64,000 nt of DNA from an uncultured Actinomycetes bacterium (GCA_963775735.1 CAVZKD010000007.1:1394889-1458888); one strand, 5' to 3'. Shown: positions 31,573-43,627, numbered from the stretch's first letter. Numbers and translations are program-made. The notes: generated by a model from the letters alone, not told the origin.

Positions 31573-32309
31573 GACGCCCCGTCGGCCATCGGGAGGGCGA
31601 GCTCGAACGTGTCCCCGTCGACGAACCTGGCCCACGCGCCGTCGCACAGGACGTGGACCTTCGAGCGGCCGATGACCTCCCAGCGTTCGCCGTCGCCCAC
31701 GATCGCGGTCTCCTCGTCCAGACCGACGAACGCCTGGCCGGGCCGCACCGAAGCCACGATGAACTCCGTCGCGCCGGGCACCCACGTGTCCACGATGTCC
31801 CAGTGCGGACCGAACAGTGCGTCGCGCACGTGGTCGAGACCCGGCGCCCAGATCGAGTCGGTGTCCGTGGTGTCCGAGTCGTAGGTCGTCTCGGTCAGAC
31901 ACGCCACGCCGGCGCTGCACCCGGCATACGGGAGTCCCTCACGCATCGCTCGCGTGAGGGCGCGCCAGAACGGCGTCCCGTCGAGGATCGCGGCGAGTCG
32001 AGCGGGGTTGCCCCCCGAGAAGAAGATCATCGACGCGTCGTCGAGGCGACGGGCGAGCCCGTCGTCGGCCGCGTCCTCGCGCGTCTTCAACGGAAGCACC
32101 TCGGCCCCGATCCCGAGCGACCGGTAGTGATCGAGGCCTTTGTTCGCCCACATGTCGAAGGTCGCGTCCCCCTCGTGGGCCGCCGCCGCGGGCGAGACCA
32201 GGACCGGCCCGTCCGGGTTCCGGCTGCGGGCGAGGAGCCACCGCTCGATCGGATCGGACCAGGGGTCGAACTCGCCCGAGCCCAGGAACGCCAGCACTGG
32301 CTCGGTCAC
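31569..32309 (-). CDS. peptidase S51 / class I glutamine-amidotransferase-like (cyanophycinase-like) protein
   Basis: GSGEF, FSGGNP, GCSAG, PHWD, GLDEETA. Confidence 0.8.
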   Translation of the reverse strand: MTEPVLAFLGSGEFDPWSDPIERWLLARSRNPDGPVLVSPAAAAHEGDATFDMWANKGLDHYRSLGIGAEVLPLKTREDAADDGLARRLDDASMIFFSGGNPARLAAILDGTPFWRALTRAMREGLPYAGCSAGVACLTETTYDSDTTDTDSIWAPGLDHVRDALFGPHWDIVDTWVPGATEFIVASVRPGQAFVGLDEETAIVGDGERWEVIGRSKVHVLCDGAWARFVDGDTFELALPMADGAS

Positions 32310-33016
32310 GGAAGCGCCTCGCCGAGCCGGAACGCCTCGAGCGACATCTCCTTCCACCACACGTCGGCCCCGACCGCCTCGATGATCGAGGCCACCTGGC
32401 TCTCGTGCGCGCTGATCGCCTCGACCTTCAGCGCGAGGATGTCGTCCGGGAGTTCGTAGTGGATCGCGAGCTCCTCACGGGGCGTGATCGGCGGCGTCCC
32501 CGGCCGGAACACGTTGAACGGTTCCCAGATCGGCACGAACTCCTCGGCCCATTCCGGCGTGACGGTCGCGTACAGCAGTCGCGACCCGGGCTTCCCGGCC
32601 TCGCGGAACGCATCCGTCGCCCAACGCGAGACGTCCTTGTGCGCGGCGTGGTCGGTCATCCCATCGGGCCCGAAGGTGAGGATCGTGTCGGGCCGCACCT
32701 CGCCGACGAGCTCCCTGACGCGCGCGGACCCCTGCTCCGGCAACCCCGTGTCCATGTCGATATCGGGGAGGTCGAGCCACTCGTGCTCGCGCACACCGAG
32801 GATCTCGAGCCCGCGCTCCAGCTCGGCGGTACGGACGGCCCCCATCGTTTCGGGTGGCCAACGCTCCTCGTCCATCGAGCCGCCCTCCCCGCGGGTCGCC
32901 GTCACGCAGACGACCCGGGAGCCGTTGTGGACCGCGCGGGCCATGATGCCCGCCGCCAGGTAGGTCTCGTCGTCGGGATGCGCCCAGACGCCGAGGATCG
33001 TTCCGAGCTCGTCCAT
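32306..33016 (-). CDS. PIG-L/LmbE family deacetylase (MshB/Mca/BshB superfamily)
   Basis: AHPDDE, TRGEGG, TFGPDG.TDH..H, AHESQ. Confidence 0.88.
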   Translation of the reverse strand: MDELGTILGVWAHPDDETYLAAGIMARAVHNGSRVVCVTATRGEGGSMDEERWPPETMGAVRTAELERGLEILGVREHEWLDLPDIDMDTGLPEQGSARVRELVGEVRPDTILTFGPDGMTDHAAHKDVSRWATDAFREAGKPGSRLLYATVTPEWAEEFVPIWEPFNVFRPGTPPITPREELAIHYELPDDILALKVEAISAHESQVASIIEAVGADVWWKEMSLEAFRLGEALP

Positions 33017-33082
33017 CCCCGACCCCCTGCCCCGTTCACGGACGCGGAGCACGAGCATCCTAGCGACCGGAGCCGGGATGGA

Positions 33083-33111
33083 GGAGAACGGCCCGGGACG
33101 GGCCGTTCTCC
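33083..33111 (-). terminator. 13-bp perfect hairpin after the small Cys-rich ORF
   Basis: GGAGAACGGCCCG-GGA-CGGGCCGTTCTCC. Confidence 0.7.
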
Positions 33112-33157
33112 GAGCCCCGCGCGAGGGAGGGAGGCGCGGGACGATCCGGTGTGCCGC

Positions 33158-33346
33158 CTACGACCGGTCTCGGCGGATCCTCCGGCCCCGGTAGTTCGGG
33201 AACACGACCTCCGCGTGCTGCCAGCACGCGGATGAGGGGTTGTAGACGGAGAGCATCGTGCGGCAGCCGGGGTGCGCGCACCTCCGGTCCTCCTCCACCG
33301 TCCGGGAGGGGGGCGGGAGGTGCCCGGGACGCGTTCCCTTGGCCAC
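33158..33346 (-). CDS. small (62 aa) basic putative zinc-binding protein
   Basis: C-x4-C ... C-x2-H (CAHPGC...CWQH), Arg-rich tail; followed by a strong hairpin. Confidence 0.6.
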   Translation of the reverse strand: MAKGTRPGHLPPPSRTVEEDRRCAHPGCRTMLSVYNPSSACWQHAEVVFPNYRGRRIRRDRS

Positions 33347-33417
33347 GTCACGGATTCGACGCGCCCGCCTCCCGGGTTCGGTGCCACGCTCGCGATCCGG
33401 CTTGGGAGGGACGGCGA

Positions 33418-33672
33418 CTATGGAGGCTGGTGCTGCGTCCGTTCGAGGAGCGCTCGGACCCGGTCCACCAGCTCGGGCGGGACCTCGTCACACCCGCACT
33501 TGGCGCGGACCATGTCCTTCAGCCTGCGCTGGAAATCCGCATGCCCCGTGCATTGGCCGCACCCCCCGAGGTGCTGTTCCACCTCGAGACGCACGGCTCC
33601 GACGAGCTCCCCGTCGAGGTAGAGCTCGATCTGTTCCAGCACGCGTTCACATTCAGTCGGCGACAAGTCCAC
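33418..33672 (-). CDS. rsrA: zinc anti-sigma factor (RsrA/RshA-like)
   Basis: [19 protein letters not shown] (HxxxCxxC), KCGCDEVP; overlaps the sigma gene. Confidence 0.82.
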   Translation of the reverse strand: MDLSPTECERVLEQIELYLDGELVGAVRLEVEQHLGGCGQCTGHADFQRRLKDMVRAKCGCDEVPPELVDRVRALLERTQHQPP

Positions 33673-34243
33673 GCTCCCGTACCGTCTCCCACAACGCCCG
33701 CTGCAGGGCTTTCCTTCCCCGGTGCAACCTCGACATGACCGTCCCGATCGGGATGTCCAAGATCTCGGCGATCTCCTTGTAGCTGAAGCCCTCGACATCG
33801 GCAAGCAGGACCGCCATCCGGAAGACCTCGGGCAGTTCCTCCAGCGCGCGCTGCACGTCCTCGTCCGGGATCCGATCGAGGACCTCGGCCTCGGCCGAGG
33901 GTTCGGCCCCGGACGATCCGATCCGGTCGTAGAGGTACCAATCGGACGTGTCGTCCGTGACCGCGACCGTCACGGGTTCCCGCTGCTTCTTCCGGTAGGA
34001 GTTGATGAAGGTGTTCGTCAGGATCCGATACATCCACGCGCGCAGGTTCGTCCCTTCCCGGAACCCGGCGAACCCTCGGTAGGCCCGGAGGTACGCCTCC
34101 TGCACCAGATCCTCCGCATCCTGCGGGTTGCGGGTGAGACGCAGCGCCGCCCCGTAGAGGTTCGGCAGGAGCGGCAGGACCTCGCGCTCGAAGCGCTCGC
34201 GCAGGACCGGGTCCTCAGGCGGTGCCGCCTGGCTACGCGCCAT
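33653..34243 (-). CDS. ECF sigma factor, SigR/SigH type
   Basis: [56 protein letters not shown]. Confidence 0.9.
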   Translation of the reverse strand: MARSQAAPPEDPVLRERFEREVLPLLPNLYGAALRLTRNPQDAEDLVQEAYLRAYRGFAGFREGTNLRAWMYRILTNTFINSYRKKQREPVTVAVTDDTSDWYLYDRIGSSGAEPSAEAEVLDRIPDEDVQRALEELPEVFRMAVLLADVEGFSYKEIAEILDIPIGTVMSRLHRGRKALQRALWETVRERGLVAD

Positions 34244-34381
34244 CCGTACGCTCCGTTCCCGCCACGTTCACACGGCCTCCACCTCGAGCACTCCCGGACC
34301 GACAGTATCTCGCGGGCCACCACGTGCGGGCCATCCTCGCCGTGTCGAACGGCGAACATCGATGGGAAGATGGGAGGCCAG

Positions 34382-36388
34382 ATGCCCAGCACGAACGACA
34401 AACGCGGACGCTGGCAGGGATTCGATCTCGGCGGTGCGGGGGGCTCCAAGGAGCCCCGCAGGATCCGTTCCTCCCCGTGGTCCTGGGTCCTGGTGTTCCT
34501 CGTCGTGCTCGTCCTGTTCAACTACTTCGCGTCCCCTCGGCCGAACGCGATCACGTACTCGGAGTTCCTCGAGCACGTGGACGGCGGGCGGATCGTCGGC
34601 ACGCTCGAGATCTCCGCCACCTCGGTGAGCGGCACCTATGAGGACTCGACCGGGGAGGTCGGCTTCACGACGACGATCCCCCCGATCCTTCAGGGCACGA
34701 CGTCGCTCACCGACCGGCTCGACGAGGCCGGCATCAGCTACGAGGGCGTGCAGCCGTCGGGGCTGCAGAGCTTCCTGATCGGATGGGTCGCGCCGCTCCT
34801 GCTGTTCGGCCTGCTGTGGTTCTTCCTGGTGCGTCGGATGAGCGGCGCGCAGGCCGGCGCCGCCTTGAACCTCGGTCGCAACAAGGTCCGGATCTACGAC
34901 CGCAAGGAGATGAAGACCACGTTCGCCGACGTCGCGGGCGTCGACGAGGCGAAGGAGGAGCTCAAGGAGATCGTCGAGTTCCTGAGCAATCCGAAGAAGT
35001 ACCAGCGCCTCGGGGGCCGCATCCCGAAGGGGGTCCTGCTCCTCGGACCACCGGGCTGCGGGAAGACGCTGCTCGCGCGAGCCGTCGCCGGTGAGGCGAA
35101 CGTGCCCTTCTTCTTCATGTCGGGCTCCGAGTTCGTCGAGATGTTCGTCGGCCTCGGCGCGGCTCGCGTCCGAGAGCTGTTCCAACAGGCGAAGGAGAAG
35201 GCGCCGGCCCTCGTGTTCCTCGACGAGATCGACACGATCGGCAAGGGCCGCGGGGGTGCGCTCGGCGCGGGGTTCGGCGGACACGATGAACGCGAGCAGA
35301 CGCTGAACCAGCTGCTGGTGGAGATGGATGGGTTCGACGCGAGCGCGGGCGTCATCATCATGGCGGCGACGAACCGGCCCGACGTGCTCGACCCCGCCCT
35401 CGTGCGTCCCGGACGCTTCGACCGCCAGGTCGTCGTGGATCAGCCGGACCTGAAGGGCCGCGAGGAGATCCTCAAGGTGCACGTCCGCGGCGTGGCGATC
35501 GATCCGCTGGTCGACCTGCGCATGCTCGCCGCGCGAACACCCGGGTTCACCGGTGCGGACCTCGCGAACGTGGTGAACGAGGCGGCCCTGCTCGCCGCCC
35601 GCCGGGAGAAGGACGCGGTCACGATGGTCGAGCTCGAGGAGGCGATCGATCGGACGGTCGCCGGGCTCGAGCGCAAGAGCCGCGTGATGTCGGAGAAGGA
35701 CAAGGAGCGCGTCGCCGTCCACGAGATGGGCCACGCGCTGGTGGCCATGACCGCGGCTACGGCGGACCCCGTCCACCGTGTCTCGATCATCCCGCGCGGA
35801 GCCGCGGCGCTCGGCATGACGATGCAGCGTCCCATCGAGGACCGGTACCTGCTGACGGAGCCCGAGCTGCAGGACCGCCTCGCGGTGCTGCTGGGCGGCC
35901 GCACGGCCGAGGAGCTCGTGTTCGACAACGTCGTGTCGACCGGCGCGCAGAACGACCTCGAGCGCGCGACGGAGATCGCTCGGGCGATGGTGACCGAATA
36001 CGGCATGAGCCCGAAGATCGGCCCCCTGTCGTTCGGCAAGGACGGGTTCCGCGGCTCCGCCGGTCGGCTGCTGTACCCGGGCTCCGCCCCGGAGCTCTCG
36101 GACGATCTCGCGGCGCTGGTCGACGAGGAGACGGCCCGGCTCGTGAACGAGGCGCACGACCGCGCCACGGAGGTGCTCGGCACCCACAAACGCATGCTCG
36201 AGCAGCTCTCCGAGATCCTGATCGTGACGGAGGTGATCGACGGCCCGGAGCTGTCCGCCTATTTCGAGGGACTCAAACCGATCCCCTCGAAGGAGGAGCT
36301 TCGGCGCCAGGTCGAGGGCAACGGCCGGCGCGAAGCCACGGAGCGATCCGGACCCGAGATCATCGTCCAGCCGCCGGCACAGTCCTAG
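34382..36388 (+). CDS. ftsH: ATP-dependent zinc metalloprotease FtsH
   Basis: 2 TM; [39 protein letters not shown]. Confidence 0.95.
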   Translation: MPSTNDKRGRWQGFDLGGAGGSKEPRRIRSSPWSWVLVFLVVLVLFNYFASPRPNAITYSEFLEHVDGGRIVGTLEISATSVSGTYEDSTGEVGFTTTIPPILQGTTSLTDRLDEAGISYEGVQPSGLQSFLIGWVAPLLLFGLLWFFLVRRMSGAQAGAALNLGRNKVRIYDRKEMKTTFADVAGVDEAKEELKEIVEFLSNPKKYQRLGGRIPKGVLLLGPPGCGKTLLARAVAGEANVPFFFMSGSEFVEMFVGLGAARVRELFQQAKEKAPALVFLDEIDTIGKGRGGALGAGFGGHDEREQTLNQLLVEMDGFDASAGVIIMAATNRPDVLDPALVRPGRFDRQVVVDQPDLKGREEILKVHVRGVAIDPLVDLRMLAARTPGFTGADLANVVNEAALLAARREKDAVTMVELEEAIDRTVAGLERKSRVMSEKDKERVAVHEMGHALVAMTAATADPVHRVSIIPRGAAALGMTMQRPIEDRYLLTEPELQDRLAVLLGGRTAEELVFDNVVSTGAQNDLERATEIARAMVTEYGMSPKIGPLSFGKDGFRGSAGRLLYPGSAPELSDDLAALVDEETARLVNEAHDRATEVLGTHKRMLEQLSEILIVTEVIDGPELSAYFEGLKPIPSKEELRRQVEGNGRREATERSGPEIIVQPPAQS

Positions 36389-37290
36389 TCTGGCTCCGCG
36401 GGTTCGACCAACAGGTCGAACCGTCCGCGGAACCGTTCGAGGAACCGATAGTAGTTGCGCTTGGACAACCGGTCGCGCTCGACCGGCGGCGTGGAGTGGT
36501 AGACGCGGTGCTCGTGCCTCGTCACCGGCGCATCGACCACCACCGCCCGCAGGCCCGCGTCTTTGATCCGGAACGAGCACTCGATGTCGGCGGTGCGGTA
36601 CCACCGGAACCGATCGTCGAACAACCCGACATCGCGCAGCACGTCCCGCCGGAAGGCCATCAGGTACCCCTCGATGGCATCGACGTCCGGCCCGGGGCTG
36701 TCGTGGAACTCGTGGAGGTCGTTCGTCGAGATGCCGAACGGCCCGCACACGCCGATCGTCGGGTCCTCGAGCGCTCGCAGGAGCGGTCCGAACGTGTCGC
36801 CGGTCGGCTCGATCGAGCCGTCGACGGCCAGGACGACCCGACCGCGCGATCGAACGAGGCCGGCGTTCCGCGCCGCGCCCCAGCCCGTGCCCGGTTCGAG
36901 CGCAACGACGTCCACCGCGTCGCCGTAGCGTGAGGGGTCCGTCTCGGTCAGGTCCGCGACGACGTACTGCACCGCGCGATCCCCCTCGTTCGCCCGGAAC
37001 CCCGCCAACGCGCGGACGACGTCCTCCGGCCATCCCTCGACGACCCAATGGACGCTCACGTCGACGGACGGGGGGTCGTCGAGGAGTCTCTCGACCTCGG
37101 CGGGCCTGCGACGCTCGGGCGCTCGAGGTTCGACGGGTTCGAAGGACGCGCCCTGCGGACCGTCGATGACTCGGTACCCGAGCTCGGCGATCCGATCACG
37201 GAGCGCGTCGGCGGCGGCGAAGTCCTTCGCGGCGCGGCGTTCCGCCCGTTCGGCGGCCAGCGCGCGGACCTGGTCGGGGACCTCTTCCAC
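36385..37290 (-). CDS. GT2/GT-A glycosyltransferase with N-terminal CysRS anticodon-binding-like domain
   Basis: N-terminal ERAERRAAKDFAAADALRDRIAELGYRVIDGPQG; GT2 motifs GWGAARNAG, VDGS, EGYLMAFRR, FDDRF, DIECSFRI. Confidence 0.8.
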   Translation of the reverse strand: MEEVPDQVRALAAERAERRAAKDFAAADALRDRIAELGYRVIDGPQGASFEPVEPRAPERRRPAEVERLLDDPPSVDVSVHWVVEGWPEDVVRALAGFRANEGDRAVQYVVADLTETDPSRYGDAVDVVALEPGTGWGAARNAGLVRSRGRVVLAVDGSIEPTGDTFGPLLRALEDPTIGVCGPFGISTNDLHEFHDSPGPDVDAIEGYLMAFRRDVLRDVGLFDDRFRWYRTADIECSFRIKDAGLRAVVVDAPVTRHEHRVYHSTPPVERDRLSKRNYYRFLERFRGRFDLLVEPAEPD

Positions 37291-37309
37291 GGCGTGCCGA
37301 ACCGCAGGC

Positions 37310-37729
37310 CTAGACGGGCTCCTTCGAGACCGAGCGCAGCCGACCGGCCACCGACTCGAGCGTCTTCAGCGCGATCGACGGGTGCTCCATCAGGAGGCCG
37401 CGGAAGACCCATCCGGTGATCCCGATGAGTCGGACGGGCGTCATCGCGGTGACCGTGGCCGTCCGGGGCCCCCCGTCGAGCAGCGCGACCTCGCCGAAGA
37501 AGTCGCCCGGGCCGAGCTTCGCCTTCGTCTTGCCGCCGATCGAGACCTTGCACTGCCCCTCGAGGATCAGGAACAGGCCGATGCCCCGCTCGCCCTCCCG
37601 AGCGATGACGGTCCCCTCCTTGTGCGACACGACCTTGGACGCGCGGGCGATGATGGCGAGCTCGCGCTTGGAGCACTCGGAGAAGATCGGCACCTTCGAG
37701 ATCTGGGTTACGGCGCTCGGCTCGGCCAC
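37310..37729 (-). CDS. stand-alone cyclic-nucleotide-binding domain protein
   Basis: VPIFS, IAREGE, GDFFGEVALL..GPRTATV. Confidence 0.9.
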   Translation of the reverse strand: MAEPSAVTQISKVPIFSECSKRELAIIARASKVVSHKEGTVIAREGERGIGLFLILEGQCKVSIGGKTKAKLGPGDFFGEVALLDGGPRTATVTAMTPVRLIGITGWVFRGLLMEHPSIALKTLESVAGRLRSVSKEPV

Positions 37730-37836
37730 GTGGTTCGTCCTCCTCGTGCAGCCTGGTCCGGCGGCCGGCGGGCCGCCGGGAAGCAGGCGATCCTATCGCG
37801 ATCGGATCGGCGGATGCGACCCGCTACCATGGGAGC

Positions 37837-38010
37837 GTGACCGAGCGACGCAGGCGCCTGGCGATCGTCGTCCTGTTCGTGATCGGGTTCGCGCTCGTCG
37901 GCCTCGCGAGCCTCGTGGACTCCACCTGGCCGCTGTTCGTCACGGTGCTCCCGTACGCCGCGATCCCATGGCTGGTGGTCCGGGCGGACGACGCCGCCGA
38001 CGGAGCCTGA
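37837..38010 (+). CDS. small two-TM membrane protein (57 aa; absent from ORF track)
   Basis: MTERRRRLAIVVLFVIGFALVGLASLVDSTWPLFVTVLPYAAIPWLVVRADDAADGA; TACCAT -10 6 nt before GTG. Confidence 0.65.
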   Translation: MTERRRRLAIVVLFVIGFALVGLASLVDSTWPLFVTVLPYAAIPWLVVRADDAADGA

Positions 38011-38036
38011 CCTCGGATCCTGGAAGGATCCACGGG

Positions 38037-38906
38037 ATGGACACCGCCGTTCCGATCGAGCTCCTCGAGACGGGGACGTCGTTCGCCGACCTGTCGAGCT
38101 GGCGAACCGTGACCGTGTCGGGCTCCGACGCGGTCGACTGGCTGAACGATCTGGTTTCGGCGGAGCTCGGCGGGCTGGGCCACGACTCGGCCCGTCACTC
38201 GCTCCTGCTCTCGCCCACCGGCGGGATCCTGGCCGGGTTCACGGTGACCGTGATCGGCGGCACCGTGCTCCTGATCCAGGATCCGCTGCAGCCACGGTCG
38301 ATCGCGTCGCTCCTCGAGCCGTATGTGCTCTCGGCGGACGTCCGCCTCCAGGAACGGACCGGCTCGTGCGCGGTCTTCGCCTTCCCCGGCCGAACGGTTC
38401 CGCCCGACGCACCTGGGGCCGAGTGGTCGGCACCGTCGTGCCTCGGTCGGGGGGTCGACCTCGTATCGCTCGGGGAGGACCACGACCGGCTCCTCGCCTC
38501 GCTCCGTGCGATGCACTCGGAGGCGAGGGACGACGAACTGGAGGCGTGGAGGATCGCGTCCGCCGTCCCCAGGATCGGCGTGGACACCGGCGACGGCGAC
38601 CTTCCGCAGGAGGCGCGGCTCGAGGGCCACGTGTCGTTCGACAAGGGCTGCTTCCTCGGACAGGAGGCCGTGGCGAAGATGCGGAACCTCGGCCATCCGC
38701 GTCGCTGGCTCGCGGCGCTCGAGGGCGACGGCAGGGTGTCACCAGGCGAACCGATCGCCGCCGACGGCGTCGAGACCGGCGTCGTCACGAGCGTCACGAC
38801 CGTTGACGGCGTCAGCTTGGCGCTCGCCCGGATCCGGTGGGAGCACAGGGACCGCCTCCTGCGGACGCCGAGAGGGGTCGAACTCCGAACTCGCGGGCAA
38901 GCCTGA
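38037..38906 (+). CDS. YgfZ/GcvT-like folate-binding protein
   Basis: SGSDAVDWL, LPQEA, signature SFDKGCFLGQE. Confidence 0.88.
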   Translation: MDTAVPIELLETGTSFADLSSWRTVTVSGSDAVDWLNDLVSAELGGLGHDSARHSLLLSPTGGILAGFTVTVIGGTVLLIQDPLQPRSIASLLEPYVLSADVRLQERTGSCAVFAFPGRTVPPDAPGAEWSAPSCLGRGVDLVSLGEDHDRLLASLRAMHSEARDDELEAWRIASAVPRIGVDTGDGDLPQEARLEGHVSFDKGCFLGQEAVAKMRNLGHPRRWLAALEGDGRVSPGEPIAADGVETGVVTSVTTVDGVSLALARIRWEHRDRLLRTPRGVELRTRGQA

Positions 38907-38948
38907 AGGCTCAGGGAAACTCATCTACCGTGTCCGCGAGGTCCTCGG

Positions 38949-41333
<2,385 letters not shown>

Positions 41334-41338
41334 GCTCC

Positions 41339-41812
41339 TCAGCGCACCGCCTTCTTCACCAGCGCGCTGATCTTCTTCTCCTCTGCGGCGGTCAGCTCCT
41401 TGAGTGCCCAGGAGGTCGGCCACATGGCGCCCTGGTCGAGGTTCGCCTCATCGCTGAAGCCGAACGTCGCGTACTTCGCGTCGAACTTCTTTGCAGGCTG
41501 GAAGAAGCACACGATCTTGCCGTCCTTCGCGTACGCGGGCATCCCGTACCAGGTCGTCGGCAACAGGGACGGCGTCGCGGCCGTGATGATCGCGTGGAGC
41601 CGCGTGGCCATCGCTCGATCCGTGCCCTTCATCTCGCCGATCTTCGCGAGCAGGGCCTTCGTGCCGTCCGCCTTGGCGGCTTCCGCCTTGAGCTCCTGGG
41701 CGCGCTCCTTCATCGCCGCTCGTTCCTCGGCCGTGAATCCTTTGGACGAGGTCGAGGTGCGCCCAGGGGACGTCCGGGTGCCCTTCGTCACGGTCTTCTT
41801 CTGAGCCATCAC
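41339..41812 (-). CDS. DUF1801 (YdhG-like) protein
   Basis: [37 protein letters not shown]. Confidence 0.82.
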   Translation of the reverse strand: MMAQKKTVTKGTRTSPGRTSTSSKGFTAEERAAMKERAQELKAEAAKADGTKALLAKIGEMKGTDRAMATRLHAIITAATPSLLPTTWYGMPAYAKDGKIVCFFQPAKKFDAKYATFGFSDEANLDQGAMWPTSWALKELTAAEEKKISALVKKAVR

Positions 41813-41864
41813 GGTCCCTCCTTGCCGATGGTTGCCTGCCGTCCGACCTCCGGGTGCATGCGGC

Positions 41865-42275
41865 TCAGCGCAGCTCCTGGATGCGGATCAGGTTGCCCGC
41901 GGGATCGCGGAAGGCGCAGTCGCGGATCCCGTACGGTTGGTCGGTCGGTTCCTGGACGACGTCGGCGTCACCGGCCTGCAGCCGCTCGAAGGTGCCGTCG
42001 AGGTCGGTGGTGGCCAGGTTGATGCTGGCGAAGGTGCCCTTCGCCATCATCTCGGCGATCGTGCGGCGCTCGTCATCGGTCACACCGGGAGTGGCGACCG
42101 GCGGGTACAGGACGATGGACGTGCCGGGCTGGTCGGGGGGGCCGACGGTGATCCAGTGCATCCCGCCGTACTCGACGTCGTTCCGGACCTCGAAGCCGAG
42201 GGTGTCGCGGTAGAAGGCAAGGGATGCCTCAGGATCGTCGTGCGGAAGCATGGCCTGGTGGATGGTGATGTCCAT
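41865..42275 (-). CDS. VOC/glyoxalase family protein
   Basis: [31 protein letters not shown]; TAGCAT -10 7 nt upstream. Confidence 0.88.
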   Translation of the reverse strand: MDITIHQAMLPHDDPEASLAFYRDTLGFEVRNDVEYGGMHWITVGPPDQPGTSIVLYPPVATPGVTDDERRTIAEMMAKGTFASINLATTDLDGTFERLQAGDADVVQEPTDQPYGIRDCAFRDPAGNLIRIQELR

Positions 42276-42280
42276 AGCCG

Positions 42281-42739
42281 TCATGCTACGTGCGTCTCGG
42301 TGACCGGCGCTTCTCGATTCCTGACCGGTCTGGTCACCTGTTTCGCGATGCACGGCGGGATGCCCGCCATCGCCTGCGACGCCTGGCGTTGATAGACGCT
42401 GGGCGGCACGCCGACCAGCTCGGTGAAGCGCGTGCTGAAGGTGCCCAGTGACGAGGAGCCGACCTCGAAGCAGACCTCGGTGACGTTGAGGTCGCCGCGA
42501 CGCAGCAGCGCCATCGCACGCTCGATGCGACGCGTCATGAGATAGGCGTACGGCGACTCGCCGTAGGCGAGCCGGAACTGGCGGCTGAGGTGCCCGGCCG
42601 ACAGGTGCGCGCCGCGGGCGAGCGCCTCGACGTCCAGCGGCTGCGCGTACTCCCGGTCGATCCGGTCGCGGACGCGACGCAGAACCGCGAGGTCGCGCAG
42701 GTGCTGTGCCGCGGCGGGTCTGCTGGTCACCTGCTTCAT
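42281..42739 (-). CDS. short AraC-family HTH regulator
   Basis: RVRDRIDREYAQPLDV, RRIERAMALLR, VG.SSLGTFSTRF. Confidence 0.88.
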   Translation of the reverse strand: MKQVTSRPAAAQHLRDLAVLRRVRDRIDREYAQPLDVEALARGAHLSAGHLSRQFRLAYGESPYAYLMTRRIERAMALLRRGDLNVTEVCFEVGSSSLGTFSTRFTELVGVPPSVYQRQASQAMAGIPPCIAKQVTRPVRNREAPVTETHVA

Positions 42740-42845
42740 CGTGCCACGTCGAGCGGGAGGCGCCCAGCGGCCCGGGCATCCACCCGCCCCAGTACGCGAG
42801 CGCATCGGCGGGCGGCGCCAGGCGGGGTTCGCTGGTCGATAGGCT

Positions 42846-42874
42846 GAGGGCCGCCCCCTCGCGAGCGGCCCCTC
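42846..42874 (-). terminator. hairpin directly downstream of the tRNA 3'-half copy
   Basis: GAGGGCCGC...GCGGCCCCTC imperfect inverted repeat. Confidence 0.5.
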
Positions 42875-42877
42875 GTT

Positions 42878-42922
42878 CGTCGCGGACGGGATCTGAACCC
42901 GTGACCCCTGGGTCATGAGCCC
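42878..42922 (-). repeat. degenerate direct repeat of the tRNA-Met 3' half (att-like)
   Basis: cgtcgcgg--acgggatctgaacccgtgacccctgggtcatgagccc versus the tRNA locus 43673-43719: 3 substitutions and one 2-nt gap. Confidence 0.85.
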
Positions 42923-43003
42923 GGGGGATCCTGCGAGCCGAGATGAGTCCTGCGGCGTCCGGCGGTCGTACTGTCGAACCCGTCACCGAGGGGAGGACGT
43001 CTG

Positions 43004-43568
43004 ATGCGCAGCGTGACCTATTCGATGGGCGTCTCGCTTGACGGCTACATCGTCGGGCCGGACGGCGGCTTCGACTGGCCGGGGTTCGACGAGGAGGTCT
43101 TTCGCTTCTGGATCGACGAGATCCGAGGGGTCGGCGTCCACCTGTTGGGACGACGGCTGTACGAGACGATGCTGTACTGGGAGACCGCCGACCAGGATCC
43201 GTCGCTCGACGACTCAGAGCCTCGAGTGGGCCGCGCTCTGGAAGCCGCTCCCGAAGGTGGTGTTCTCCACCACGCTGTCGGCGGTGCAGGGCCATGCCCG
43301 CCTGGCCTCCGTCGGCCTGGGGGAGGAGATCGAGCGGTTGCGAGCCGAGCCGGGGGAGGGCGACATCGCGATCGGCGGCGCGACGCTCGCCGCCGAGGCG
43401 GCCGCGTTGGGTCTGATCGACGAGTACCAGGCCATGGTCTACCCGGTGCTGGTTGGCGGTGGCATCCCGTTCTTCCCCCGGCGCGAGCGCCGGGTGGATC
43501 TCGAACTCGTCGAGACCCGCACCTTCAGCTCGAGAGTCGTCTACCTCCGCTACCGCGTCGCGCGCTAG
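43004..43568 (+). CDS. dihydrofolate reductase/RibD-C family protein (frameshift about 43218)
   Basis: SLDGYI, LLGRRLYE, PKVVFS, IGGATLA, LIDEY, PVLVGGG. Confidence 0.85.
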
Positions 43569-43627
43569 CCCGAAGCGCCCCCGATCCAGCTGCGGGGGAA
43601 TCTTGGGGGGATGAGGCCCAACGAGAA

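Noticed and set aside
34244-34292. In-frame upstream GTG...TGA before sigR (possible readthrough, selenocysteine or longer isoform)
   Set aside because: Only 7 codons, no SECIS-like hairpin recognised, and it is simply the end of the antisense frame of ftsH.
42878-42922. Possible second tRNA-Met gene
   Set aside because: Lacks the 5' acceptor strand and D arm; treated as an att-like fragment.
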